A stretch of DNA of 64,000 nucleotides from assembly GCA_002269645.1 (NCBI GenBank), contig NIVC01003649.1, positions 1 to 64,000 of the forward strand, written 5' to 3'. A program made the position numbers and the translations under genes. Under the pieces are notes generated by a model. It was not told the DNA's origin. It ran no database searches and saw only the letters and a program-made list of their open reading frames with translations. Source of the DNA: Macrostomum lignano (Eukaryota). This document shows, piece by piece, positions 1 to 11,100 of the stretch; within the stretch, counting starts at the first letter, position 1; every line of letters starts with the position of its first letter.

Positions 1-547
1 ACCTGAGATACCGATCACAAATCGTATTATCTACCTGAGATACGATCACAAATCTTATTATCTACCTGAGATACCGATCACAAATCTTATTATCTACCTG
101 AGATACGATCACAAATCTCATTATCTACCTGAGATACCGATCACAAATCTCATTATCTACCTGAGATACGATCACAAATCGTATTATCTACCTGAGATAC
201 CGATCACAAATCTTATTATCTACCTGAGATACCGATCACAAATCTTATTATCTACCTGAGATACCGATCACAAATCTCATTATCTACCTGAGAACCGATC
301 ACAAATCTCATTATCTACCTGAGATACGATCACAAATCTCATTATCTACCTGAGATACCGATCACAAATCTCATTATCTACCTGAGATACCGATCACAAA
401 TCTCATTATCTACCTGAGATACCGATCACAAATCTCATTATCTACCTGAGATACCGATCACAAATCTCATATCTACCTGAGACACCGATCACAAATCTCA
501 TTATCTACCTGAGATACCGATCACAAATCTCATTATCTACCTGAGAT
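1..547. repeat. Minisatellite, 31-32-bp unit ACCTGAGATACCGATCACAAATCTCATTATCT, ~17 copies, runs off the window edge (RPIA intron)
   Basis: Direct tandem periodicity. Confidence 0.95.
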
Positions 548-557
548 ATTCGCTCAC

Positions 558-2212
558 CAATTTGCCCAATGATCTCCTAAAGCAGCGCTTGCCGCCGAAC
601 TGGACTCGACCCGGCGTTTAACCAGCGACCAGGCCATGGGCACCACCTCCAGCGGGATGCCGCCCTTCCACTTCTGGCCGAACTGGCTGCTGTACTTGCT
701 CTCGTCGCACACGATCACCAGGGTGCCGGCGGCCGTGTCAACAATTTTCTCCTGCAGCAGGCAGCCGCCGCCGCCTTTGATCATGTTCAGCTCGGCGTCG
801 ATCTCGTCGGCGCTGTCAGCCGACCAGTCCAGCTCTTTCGTCGCAGTGCTCCAGCTCGAATAAGCGAAGGCCGCGCTCCAGGATCAGCTGCTTGGCCTGG
901 GGCAGGGGTAACACACAGATGAGTTAGCATTAGCATGACCTTTGACCTTTGACCCACTGTCTCAACATGACCCTTGACCTATTGTATTAGCATAACTCTT
1001 AACCAATTGTACTAACATGACCTTTGACCCATTGTCTAACATAACCCTCGATCCATTGTCTAACATAACCCTTGATCCATTGTCTAACATAACCCTCGAT
1101 CCATTGTCTAACATAAAATTTGAACTATTGTTTAACATGAACTTTGACACATGGTCTAATATGACCCTTGACCCATCGTCTTAGCGTGACCTTTGACCCA
1201 TAGTCTTGATAAGATCTTTTGATCCCATAACTCGACTTTAACTTTGACCAAGACGCGACAACACCTTCGATTCAAGAGACTACTTTTAGTAGGGCAGTTC
1301 GAACATCTTTTTAGCTAAGAAACAACACCGCGTACTCGTACCAGCTCTAGCTTCAGGCCAAACCGCTCTCATTTATCCCTATTTTGCATCGCATCAATCA
1401 CTTCCGCTGCTAATAAATAGCAAATCTTAAGCCAGACTATAGGAAAGTGTCCGAATACAGTACGAGCTCCGGACACTGCTGTAAGCCGGTTTCTGAGGCA
1501 TAAATCAGATATGTGGGATAATATTATGCAAAATATACCCTGCCGCCGTTATTAAACAAGTAAGCAAATTAGGGAATAGATTTCACTAGCGATTCTTCCA
1601 GCTCCAAATTTCAGTAGCAACCCAGTGACCAACCTTCCTGTCCATCAGTAGCAACCCAGTGACCAACCCTCCTGTCCATCAGTAGCAACCCAGTGACCAA
1701 CCCTCCTGTCCATCAGTAGCAACCCAGTGACCAACCCTCCTGTCCATCAGTAGCAACCCAGTGACGCAACCCTCCTGTCCATCAGTAGCAACCCAGTGAC
1801 CAACCCTCCTGTCCATCAGTAGCAACCCAGTGACCAACCCTCCTGTCCATCAGTAGCAACCCAGTGACCAACCCTCCTGTCCATCAGTAGCAACCCAGTG
1901 ACCAACCCTCCTGTGCATCAGTAGCAACCCAGTGACCAACCCTCCTGTCCATCAGTAGCAACCCAGTGACCAACCCTCCCGTCCATCAGTAGCAACCCGG
2001 TGACCAACCCTCCCGTCCATCAGTAGCAACCCGGTGACCAACCCTCCTGTCCATCAGTAGCAACCCAGTGACCAACCCTCCCGTCTATCAGTAGCAACCC
2101 AGTGACCAACCCTCCCGTCCATCAGTAGCAACCCAGTGACCAACCCAGCCGCTCACCTGATAGGAGGTCGGGATGCACCTGACAGACCAGCCGCGCTGTC
2201 GAATGAGTTCAG
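558..2212 (-). CDS. RPIA: Ribose-5-phosphate isomerase A, partial: exons 2212-2157 and 896-558. Two apparent frameshifts; 5' exons not found; 3' exons lie left of the window. Possibly a degenerate copy.
   Basis: Manual translation gives ELIRQRGWSVRCIPTSYQ|AKQLILERGL...DSADEIDAELNMIKGGGGCLLQEKIV...GIPLEVVP, which are RpiA family motifs. Donors GTGAG at 2156 and 557; acceptors at 2213 and 897. Frame breaks near 840 and 601. Confidence 0.85.
935..1245. repeat. Degenerate 24-bp minisatellite (AACATAACCCTCGATCCATTGTCT)
   Basis: Tandem periodicity; source of the spurious MLDNGSRV ORF. Confidence 0.85.
1613..2147. repeat. Minisatellite, 34-bp unit CAGTAGCAACCCAGTGACCAACCCTCCTGTCCAT, ~15 copies
   Basis: Tandem periodicity; ends ~9 nt from the RPIA donor. 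Confidence 0.95.
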
Positions 2213-2324
2213 CTGCGGGCCAAATAAGTCAGTTTTCGATGATTTTTTAATCAAGCACGTCTGAATCAAAGGAATTAATGTTTTGCATGTTTAGAGACTG
2301 ACAAGCTGACATTTAAAAACCGGC

Positions 2325-2683
2325 TGTCGCCAAATAGTCAGGACATCAGTGGCGCCAAATAGTCAGGATTTCATTGGCGCCAAATAGTCAGGACATCAGT
2401 GGCGCCAAATAGTCAGGATTTCATTGGCGCCAAATAGTCAGGACATCAGTGGCGCCAAATAGTCAGGATTTCATTGGCGCCAAATAGTCAGGACATCAGT
2501 GGCGCCAAATAGTCAGGATTTCATTGGCGCCAAATAGTCAGGACATCAGTGGCGCCAAATAGTCAGGATTTCATTGGCGCCAAATAGTCAGGACATCAGT
2601 GGCGCCAAATAGTCAGGATTTCATTGGCGCCAAATAGTCAGGATTTCATTGGCACCAAATAGTCAGGATATCAGTGGCGCCAA
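2325..2683. repeat. 25-bp minisatellite with alternating A/B variants (50-bp higher-order repeat)
   Basis: GGCGCCAAATAGTCAGGACATCAGT alternates with GGCGCCAAATAGTCAGGATTTCATT. Confidence 0.95.
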
Positions 2684-3218
2684 ACAGAATTAAGTGGCGC
2701 CATGGCTAACTAGGAATCAGTGTGATTGTGGGAAGACACAATTAGAGAATAGAAAATGATACACAGAGAAAGCACAAGCTATATAAGCATAGATATCAAT
2801 TCTATCCCAAGCAATAAAGCCGGTTAGGACGCCCTCTAGCAGAGCAGCATTATTAGATTAGTCAGCCAACGCGCGCACAAAAGAAATATCCTTGCCGGGG
2901 TCCAGGTAGTCAGCAAGAAAGAAAATTGCATTTTCAAAGTAATTCTCCAGTCCTGAATACGGACAGATACCCGCCTATCCAGCGCGACCCAAATTTTATT
3001 GCATTATAACGCATGGTCGCAATATTTTTTCTATATTGCCAGGGATTATTGGGCTGGACTATATTGGCTTCAAGGTTTGAAGCAGGCCAGACCCAGTCGT
3101 TTTTTTAATAAATGAAGCCATATTGTCATATTTTAAAGTGCACTTGCCTTTAATATTAGGGATAAAAATGGGATCTCGAATATAATGGTGGGAAACGTAA
3201 AATCCATCGACGTCTGAA

Positions 3219-3600
3219 ACCCTGTAACCAGTGAGACCCTGTAACAGGTGAAAACCTGTAACAGGTGAAAACCTGTAACATGTGAAAACCTGTAACAGGT
3301 GAAAACCTGTAACAGGTGAAAACCTGTAACAGGTGAAAACCTGTAACAGGTGAAAACCTGTAACAGGTGAAAACCTGTAACAGGTGAAAACCTGTAACAG
3401 GTGAAAACCTGTAACAGGTGAAAACCTGTAACAGGTGAAAACCTGTAACAGGTGAAAACCTGTAACAGGTGAAAACCTGTAACAGGTGAAAACCTGTAAC
3501 AGGTGAAAACCTGTAACAGGTGAAAACCTGTAACAGGTGAAACCCTGTAACAGGCAAAAACTATGTAACAGGTAAAAGGCCAATAGGTAAGAAACTGTTA
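3219..3600. repeat. 17-bp palindromic minisatellite ACCTGTAACAGGTGAAA, ~20 copies
   Basis: Tandem periodicity. Confidence 0.95.
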
Positions 3601-4261
3601 ACACACTTCGAAAAAACTATCAGGGTAGCCCCATAGTTCTAAAAACAGCTGTAACTAGAATTCCAGTCTATTGAAGGTTAAATTACTCTACAATAGAAGC
3701 CATCACTAAAACTTCTTCCTTTCGTTTAACTGTTAATAAACCAAGGCTTAATTAGCAATACAAATAGTTGGCTACTGCCTTCAATAGGCGCATAAAGAGT
3801 TTCCTTTAGCAGCCAGATTGTGCCGCATACTGCAAACACTTGCAAACTCTGTCATGCACTCTCATCTCAACTTTCTCCCTCTATCGCTCCCAGCAGTTGA
3901 GTTGGTTTCGCTGCCCTTTCCCCGCCCAAAGCTTCTGCTGAGAAGGAATGGTTTAGAATTGCCATCGGAATGAGCTCGATAAGTGCGAAGCGAGGATTTT
4001 GTCGCGGCCCGGAGGGAGAAGGGAATGCAAGATAGAGCGGATGAGAAGGGGGGAAGAGAAATGATTGAAGAGATGGCTAGGCTGCTGCATTTCCTCATCT
4101 AGCAGGTGCTCCCAGCTTCTGGCTTTTCAAGAGCGCCTGTCGACCCTCTTATGCATGTCACCTGCCTGTCTGTCTGCCTGCTTTTCAACATGTTAATAGT
4201 AGACCTGAGCACGTTGATAAAAATGCAGATAACTAAACACTAAGGATGCTGATTTTTCTTG

Positions 4262-5532
4262 CACAGCTGAGATGGGCTGTGTGCATAGCTGGGTGTGTGC
4301 ATAGCTGAGATGGGTGTGTGCATAGCTGGGTGTGTGCATAGCTGAGATGGGTGTGTGCATAGCTGGGGTGTGTGCATGGCTGGGGTGTGTGCATAGCTTG
4401 GGTGTGTGCATAGCTTGGGTGTGTGCATAGCTTGGGTGTGTGCATAGCTCGGGTGTGTGCATGGCTGGGTTGTGTGCATAGCTGGGTGTGTGCATAGCTG
4501 GGTGTGTGCATAGCTGAGATGGGTGTGTGCATAGCTGGGTGTGTGCATAGCTGAGATGGGTGTGTGCATAGCTGAGATGGGCGTGTGCATAGCTGAGGTG
4601 TGTGCATAGCTGGGTGTATGCATAGCTGGGTGTGTGCATAGCTGAGGTGTGTGCATAGCTGGTGTGTGTGCATAGCTGAGGTGTGTGCATAGCTGGGGGT
4701 GTGTGCATAGCTGGGGGTGTGCATAGCTGAGGTGTGTGCATAGCTGGGGGTGTGTGCATAGCTGGGTGTGTGCATAGCTGAGGTATGTGCATAGCTGGGG
4801 GTGTGCATAGCTGAGATGGGTGTGTGCATAGCTGGGGGTGTGCATAGCTGAGATGGGTGTGTGCATAGCTGAGATGGGTGTGTGCATAGCTGAGATGGGT
4901 GTGTGCATAGCTGGGGGTGTGCATAGCTGAGATGGGTGTGTGCATAGCTGAGGTGTGCATAGCTGAGGTGTGTGCATAGCTGGGTGTGTGCATAGCTGAG
5001 TGTGTGCATAGCTGAGTGTGTGCATAGCTGAGGTGTGTGCATAGCTGGGGTGTGCATAGCTGAGATGTGTGCATAGCTGGGTGTGTGCATAGCTGAGGTG
5101 TGTGCATAGCTGTTATGTGCATGGCAGTTATGTGCATGGCTGTTATGTGCATGGCTGTTATGTGCATGGCTGTTATGTGCATGGCAGTTATGTGCATGGC
5201 AGTTATGTGCATGGCAGTTATGTGCATGGCTGTTATGTGCATGGCTGTTATGTGCATGGCAGTTATGTGCATGGCAGTTATGTGCATGGCAGTTATGTGC
5301 ATGGCTGTTATGTGCATGGCAGTTATGTGCATGGCTGTTATGTGCATGGCTGTTATGTGCATGGCTGTTATGTGCATGGCTGTTATGTGCATGGCAGTTA
5401 TGTGCATGGCTGTTATGTGCATGGCAGTTATGTGCATGGCTGTTATGTGCATGGCAGTTATGTGCATGGCAGTTATGTGCATGGCTGTTATGTGCATGGC
5501 AGTTATGTGCATGGCTGTTATGTGCATGGCAG
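4262..5532. repeat. Compound minisatellite: heterogeneous GTGTGCATAGCTG-core units (4262-5100), then a homogeneous 15-mer TGTGCATGGC(A/T)GTTA (5100-5532)
   Basis: Tandem periodicity; source of the MHITA and CMAVM ORFs. Confidence 0.95.
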
Positions 5533-6104
5533 TCAGACTAAGGACAAAAGAAACGAGAGTGCTTCAAACTGTAAGCAAAGTGAAAGGCAGGCTGTTCAGA
5601 ATTCCATAGTTGGGAATCGAATCGAGTGGCCTAAAAAACCAAAGAAAGCCATAAAGAAAACAGGTCTTTCACATTGTTTTCTTACTAATTAAAAGGAGCT
5701 AGAAGATTGCGTGACCAGCGCCATGCAGGGAGATGGTGAATGAGACCGGTCACTTCCGCTCCACTCAGCATCCTCTCCCATTATTGACTCCCTCTCGTGC
5801 ACTCAGGAGAGCACAATCGATCGAGTTGGGAGCTGTCCCCAAAACCAGACCGCCTTTCTTCGCTTGGCTGTGCCTCAGCCATGCAGCCTATCCCCAGTGC
5901 TTACTATATAACTAATCTTTCCCACTATGTCCATATTCGTCTCGGGAATTAAGTTTCAGCGAGTTATGCGAGAGGGAGAAAAATTGGGACAAGCCACTTC
6001 GGAAGCTGGGTAGAGGCTTAAGTCTGAAGTCCGGCATCAACAGCGGCGATGAGATGGCCTGAGAGTCGACACAGGCTTTTTAAATCTCTACAAGACTTAA
6101 TATA

Positions 6105-7143
6105 CGAGGGGTGTCCCAAAAGTTCCCGGAATGTCTAACGTAGCTCTTCAACGGAGCCATGATGTTTCACGCCCTTGGTGTCAAATGAAAGGAAGTTTTG
6201 TCACGAAGAAAATGAAGTTAAAAGCATGTTGATATCTGTTTTTATTCAGGAGCTGCAGCAAGAAACGTGCGCAAAGGTCAGGGGTACTGTTACACAACCT
6301 CACATATCACTGAAAATAATTTTTCATCTTCGTTTTTGGATATTTTCATTTTGAATTCGTGCTACTAACGTCTCAGAAAGACGTGGTAGTGTCTATGGAA
6401 AAAAGCAGAAATGCTCATTAAGCTAATCTGAGCTTTTGCGCGAGTGCAGATAATTCTTACCAAGTGCTTGCTTTCAACTTGAAATCTCTTTGCCAAATTG
6501 GGTTCTCTTCAGAGCCTCGAAAGTCAGCGAAGTCAAGTTTTTGTCCTTTGGTCAGTAGGATGGAGTGGAGCCAAGATTTCTGACCACTTATTCTCCATCC
6601 ATGGTAAGAAAAGCCTGAAAAAACTGCCATTTACGAATGGATCGAACGCTTTAGAGACGGTCCAGAAAATTCGTAGCCGGTGTTCCAGAACCGCAGTGAA
6701 CTTGAAGGCTTCACTCGTCGCGTCATCCTGCATCATGAAATGCCTCGAACTGTTTTTGCCCAGGCCATCGACGGCATGCTTTCAAAGTGGCAGAGGTGTA
6801 TTCAGCTGAATGGGGACTACGTGGAGAAGCCGCAGGCTGAGCTTGACGATTCGCTTTGAATTTTGAATCGGTGCATGTCCCAAGGATTCATCAACGGTAT
6901 GAACTGTTCTGTGTTTTATTGTTTAAAATCATTGCCATAGATTTTTGAGGTTGTGTAACACTACCCCTGACCTTTGCGCACGTTTCTTGCTGCAGCTCCT
7001 GAATAAAAACAGATATCAACATGCTTTTAACTTCATTTTCTTCGTGACAAAACTTCCTTTCATTTGACACCAAGGGCGTGAAACATCATGGCTCCGTTGA
7101 AGAGCTACGTTAGACATTCCGGGAACTTTTGGGACACCCCTCG
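6105..7143 (+). mobile_element. Internally deleted Tc1/mariner DNA transposon with 197-bp TIRs and TA target duplication
   Basis: 6105-6301 is the reverse complement of 6947-7143 (one mismatch seen). TA at 6103-6104 and 7144-7145. Ends CGAGGGG...CCCCTCG. Confidence 0.93.
6498..6859 (+). pseudogene. Mariner transposase remnant: N-terminal HTH region joined to the extreme C-terminus; catalytic DDD core deleted
   Basis: ESQRSQVFVLW...KTAIYEWIERFRDG (frameshift in the A-run near 6620) and SKWQRCIQLNGDYVEK, typical of mariner N- and C-termini. Confidence 0.85.
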
Positions 7144-7844
7144 TAAAATGGTACGGCGAAACTTGGAAGTCGAGATAAACCCTATTCGATTTGCGCGCTG
7201 GTATAAACGCGCACAGTGGTATAAGCGCGTATTCTGTTATAAGCGCGCCTTGCAGTTGTGCGCAGATTATTAACGAAAAGTAGCAGAAAAGCGCGCAGAC
7301 ATGAAAGTCAGTGCGCAAATTTTAAAACTGCTCGTATTGCAATATTTTCCCAACCCATACTTTCTGGTAAGGTCGTTATTTCCATCTCTATTCCCTATCT
7401 TTTCCTTCCCTCTCGTTATCGACTTCAGAAGGCGCTGTAGAAAGTAGAAAGTACCTAACGCTAAGGACCGTCAACCTCCTTTTTCCTCTTCATCAAGTCC
7501 TGCCCAGTTCACGGCTACACGCTCCTCAATTCCAAAACTCTCCCCCCTGTTTCCCCTACCATCGCCTACGCATTCAATGAACAACCCCCCTCCTCTCCAA
7601 AATTCTGCCGGTCGCCACTCTAGTTGGGAAACACGGCATGAAGAGCTGGCTACAGACAGGGGGCGATAGCATGAAGGCGCGCGGCGATCTCACTGTGAGC
7701 ATAGCACACTCTTATTATTCAACAGTCAAAGCAGTTTTAACAACTTTGACGGGCTGCTTGACTTGAGAGGCTTGAGGAAAAATAACTGATATTTGGAGAG
7801 CTAAAGTGGATTAGGTGATGGGTTTCCTAACATGTGCGAGTCCT

Positions 7845-8140
7845 CCCGTGAGTCTCTGCCTCCCCCCCCCTCCATGAAGCCTTCAGTGAGTCTCTGCCAC
7901 CCACCCCTCCATGACAGGCTTCAGTGAATCTCTGCCACCCCCTCCATGACAGCCTTCAGTGAGTCTCTGCCACCCACCCCCTCCATGGCAGCCTTCAGCG
8001 AGTGTCTGCCACCCACCCTCTCCATGACAGCCTTCAGTGAGTCTCTGCCACCCCTCCATGACAGCCTTCAGTGAGTCTCCGCCACCCACTCCCTCCATGA
8101 CAGCCTTCAGTGAGTCTCTGCCACCCCTCAATGACAGCCT
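7845..8140. repeat. ~36-40-bp minisatellite GACAGCCTTCAGTGAGTCTCTGCCACCCACCCCTCCAT
   Basis: Tandem periodicity. Confidence 0.9.
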
Positions 8141-11100
8141 TTAGAAGAGCCCATTAACCCTAACACATTCTGTAAGTCAGTTTTACAAATTAATCATAAA
8201 ATATAAATTAGTTCTTACAGATTCTGTCGATCACATGCACCATTGTTCTGCCAGAGCCGATGCCAATAGTTTGACAATTCTAAAAAATTTTTCCAAATGT
8301 AAAAATGCCACAAATTAAAGTATACACTATACAATAACTAAATATTTCAAATGGAAAGGTGACTCACTTGCAAGTGTTCATCAACAGCAGCATAGGCTGC
8401 CTGCTTCCTTGCAACATCCTTTTTGTAATCTACACTGTTGTGACGATTTGTGGAATTCATTGTTCTTGTTTTTAGATTGTTTAATATTCAATGATTCATT
8501 AAAATATCTGCAATTTTTGTTTGGATGCAGCTGTTAATTGAATATACAACTATGAACATAATTAATTTATTTCAACCTATAACAAATATAAAAATTCATG
8601 CTATTCATAAATCTTTTAAAATAAAATAAAATGATCAATTTTAGGCTAATGATGATATTTGCAGATTTGAATAGGCTAAATGCAACTAAAATGCCTATTT
8701 TGAATTATAGAAATCAATCAAAATTATGATTTGCCTATTGTCTATGCTCATTAAGGCTAATTGTCAAAGCAAAATATTTTTATGTTTTTATATACTAGCA
8801 AACTGAAATATCTTCTGCGACACTTATAGACTTAGACTATAATGATATATGCAACCTCTAAATGTCCTTTGAACATGCAAAACTAGTCCAAGAAAAATTC
8901 TTGCATTCAACAAGGACAGAACAAAGTGTTAGGAAGTCTAGTACCATATATATAGTATATATTAGGGAGTCTAGGAAGTTTTTTATGTGCACTATATAGC
9001 AGCAGATGCTAAACTCCTGTCATATACCATTATCAAATATCAAAGCTATTATATTATATATACATAGTTGCATTGAAACATGACAATATTTTTTTTTGAG
9101 GTGAGTATCTTATAATAATATTAAAATGCACATAGTATCTTATTACTATTATATACAAAGAAATAATTTGATTTAAGTTAATATAAGCCTAATATAAACA
9201 TTTTGATAAATATAATACTAAACAAATATTTTTTTTGTAATTATACAATATCACTTTATTAAACCTCCTTACTTTGTGCAATCAATTTTTTATCAACTCC
9301 CTTGGCCACCTCCAAGTCTATTAAGGCATTGATATATATGCTAAAGGTGTGATCTGACCCTCCTATATATAGCATGCAATGCTGTAAATTCTCACATATA
9401 TGGTATACACTTAGGACTATAGGACAAGGCTAGATTTCCTACTATAAATAATAAGCAATTGGCTAAATTTTATAATTATATTCAAGTAAAAGCCACAATA
9501 TACTGTAAGGCCAATTTCATGGCCTACTTTTTTTCAAAGGGAGCAATATGACTTTATCTCTAGTATAAATTAACATTGCTCTGCCACCTATCATTATGAC
9601 ATTATAGTAAATATATTAGGCCTATAGTAAAGAAGAATATATTTTATCATCATAGTTGCCATATAAATTCATGAGCATCATGGCATAGCCATATAGGCCT
9701 AGGCATAGTCATACTTATACATAGTGATACTCAAATAAGAACAATATAGGCCCCTACAATGATTATATTAGATCAGGGCCTACTATTAGATCAATCATTA
9801 CATTTACAAAATGATTTCACAATATATAAAACTTCTAAAAACTAACTTTATTTTGTGCAGGCCTATATTATAAGTGAAATTATATACAATTATAGTCATA
9901 GATTAGGTTTCAAAGTGTGTTAGGCCCTGCTATAATTTAACTTTAGTTTTTTGGTACAAAATACAAACATGCATAGAAAATAGAGCAAGAATGAGGAATA
10001 GTGAGGTATCACCTCCTATAAATAAGTTTGAATGATTCAATTGATACTTGTCTACTATCTTGATTCTCCAGACTTAAGTGTTGTACTGTACTAGTGCTAA
10101 TTATATCCCTTTATAATAGTATTCTTGAATATTCTTTCCATGTAATATCTGTATAATCGAATAATATTGTAGCCTTTCTTAGAAATCACCTGTATAACTT
10201 TTGCTGACACATTTTCAGACAGATCTTCCGACACTTTTTATGACACTTAAAATGTTGCAAAAAGTGTCTGAAAAGTGTCGTATGGTTAACTTCTACCAAC
10301 ATATCTTCCGACACTTAAAATGTTGCTTCTTAGAGCTAGGTGATGTGTATATATAGCTCGTACTATTCATGTAAGCTTATATGTATGTTTGTTAAGTACG
10401 CACTACTTAGAAGCCTGCAGTGCACATTTTAATTGTGTTGCGCGTTTTTGTTATAAATGTATCGGGAAATCAGGGGTATATATAAGAGCAATTTTGCAGC
10501 AAATAAACTCTAACTGGCTTTTACCTATGAGCAAATATTGCAAACAAAATAAGCAGTTCAATCTATACATTTCAAAGTCTTTCAAGTTAAATAGCAACTT
10601 ATTCATTTACAAAAGCTGAGAGCAGTACCAAGAAACTTGCTAAGAGAAGGGAATCGGGGAATAATTCACAGAAGTGTAGGCCTATTACGAGAGGCGTCGT
10701 GACCCTCTAGTCTCATCTCAGTAAATGCCCGATCAGGACTATCTACTAATTCATGTACCAGTACTAGACCGCTCAGGCGATAAGCTACCAGAACGCTACT
10801 AAGAATGCTACCCAGAAATATTTACATGGAATTCTAAGAAACAAGTAGAAATTGAAAAGAGAGAAATAAAAAACCCTGTTACAACTTGGTGGCAATTAGT
10901 GGGATAGTTGGAGGACAGAAATAAGCCCTACGACAACTTTTGTGGCAGCTCGTAGGATATTCAATAAACACTAGCATCAATATAGTTATGAGTTTAGAAA
11001 GACAGAGCCGAAAGGCCTGTCACAGTACATTAAACATTTATAATTATATACAATATTATATTATTTATCAATATCATACACATCAAAAAGAAAAGGTACA

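Noticed and set aside
3059-5692. Long repetitive ORFs (VTGFHLLQ, MHITA, CMAVM, HGCYV)
   Set aside because: These are translations of minisatellites that happen to lack stops in several frames; no splice or domain support
7185-7330. Three TATAAGCGCG-like motifs beside the mariner
   Set aside because: May be a MITE subterminal repeat, but I could not find a partner TIR or TSD
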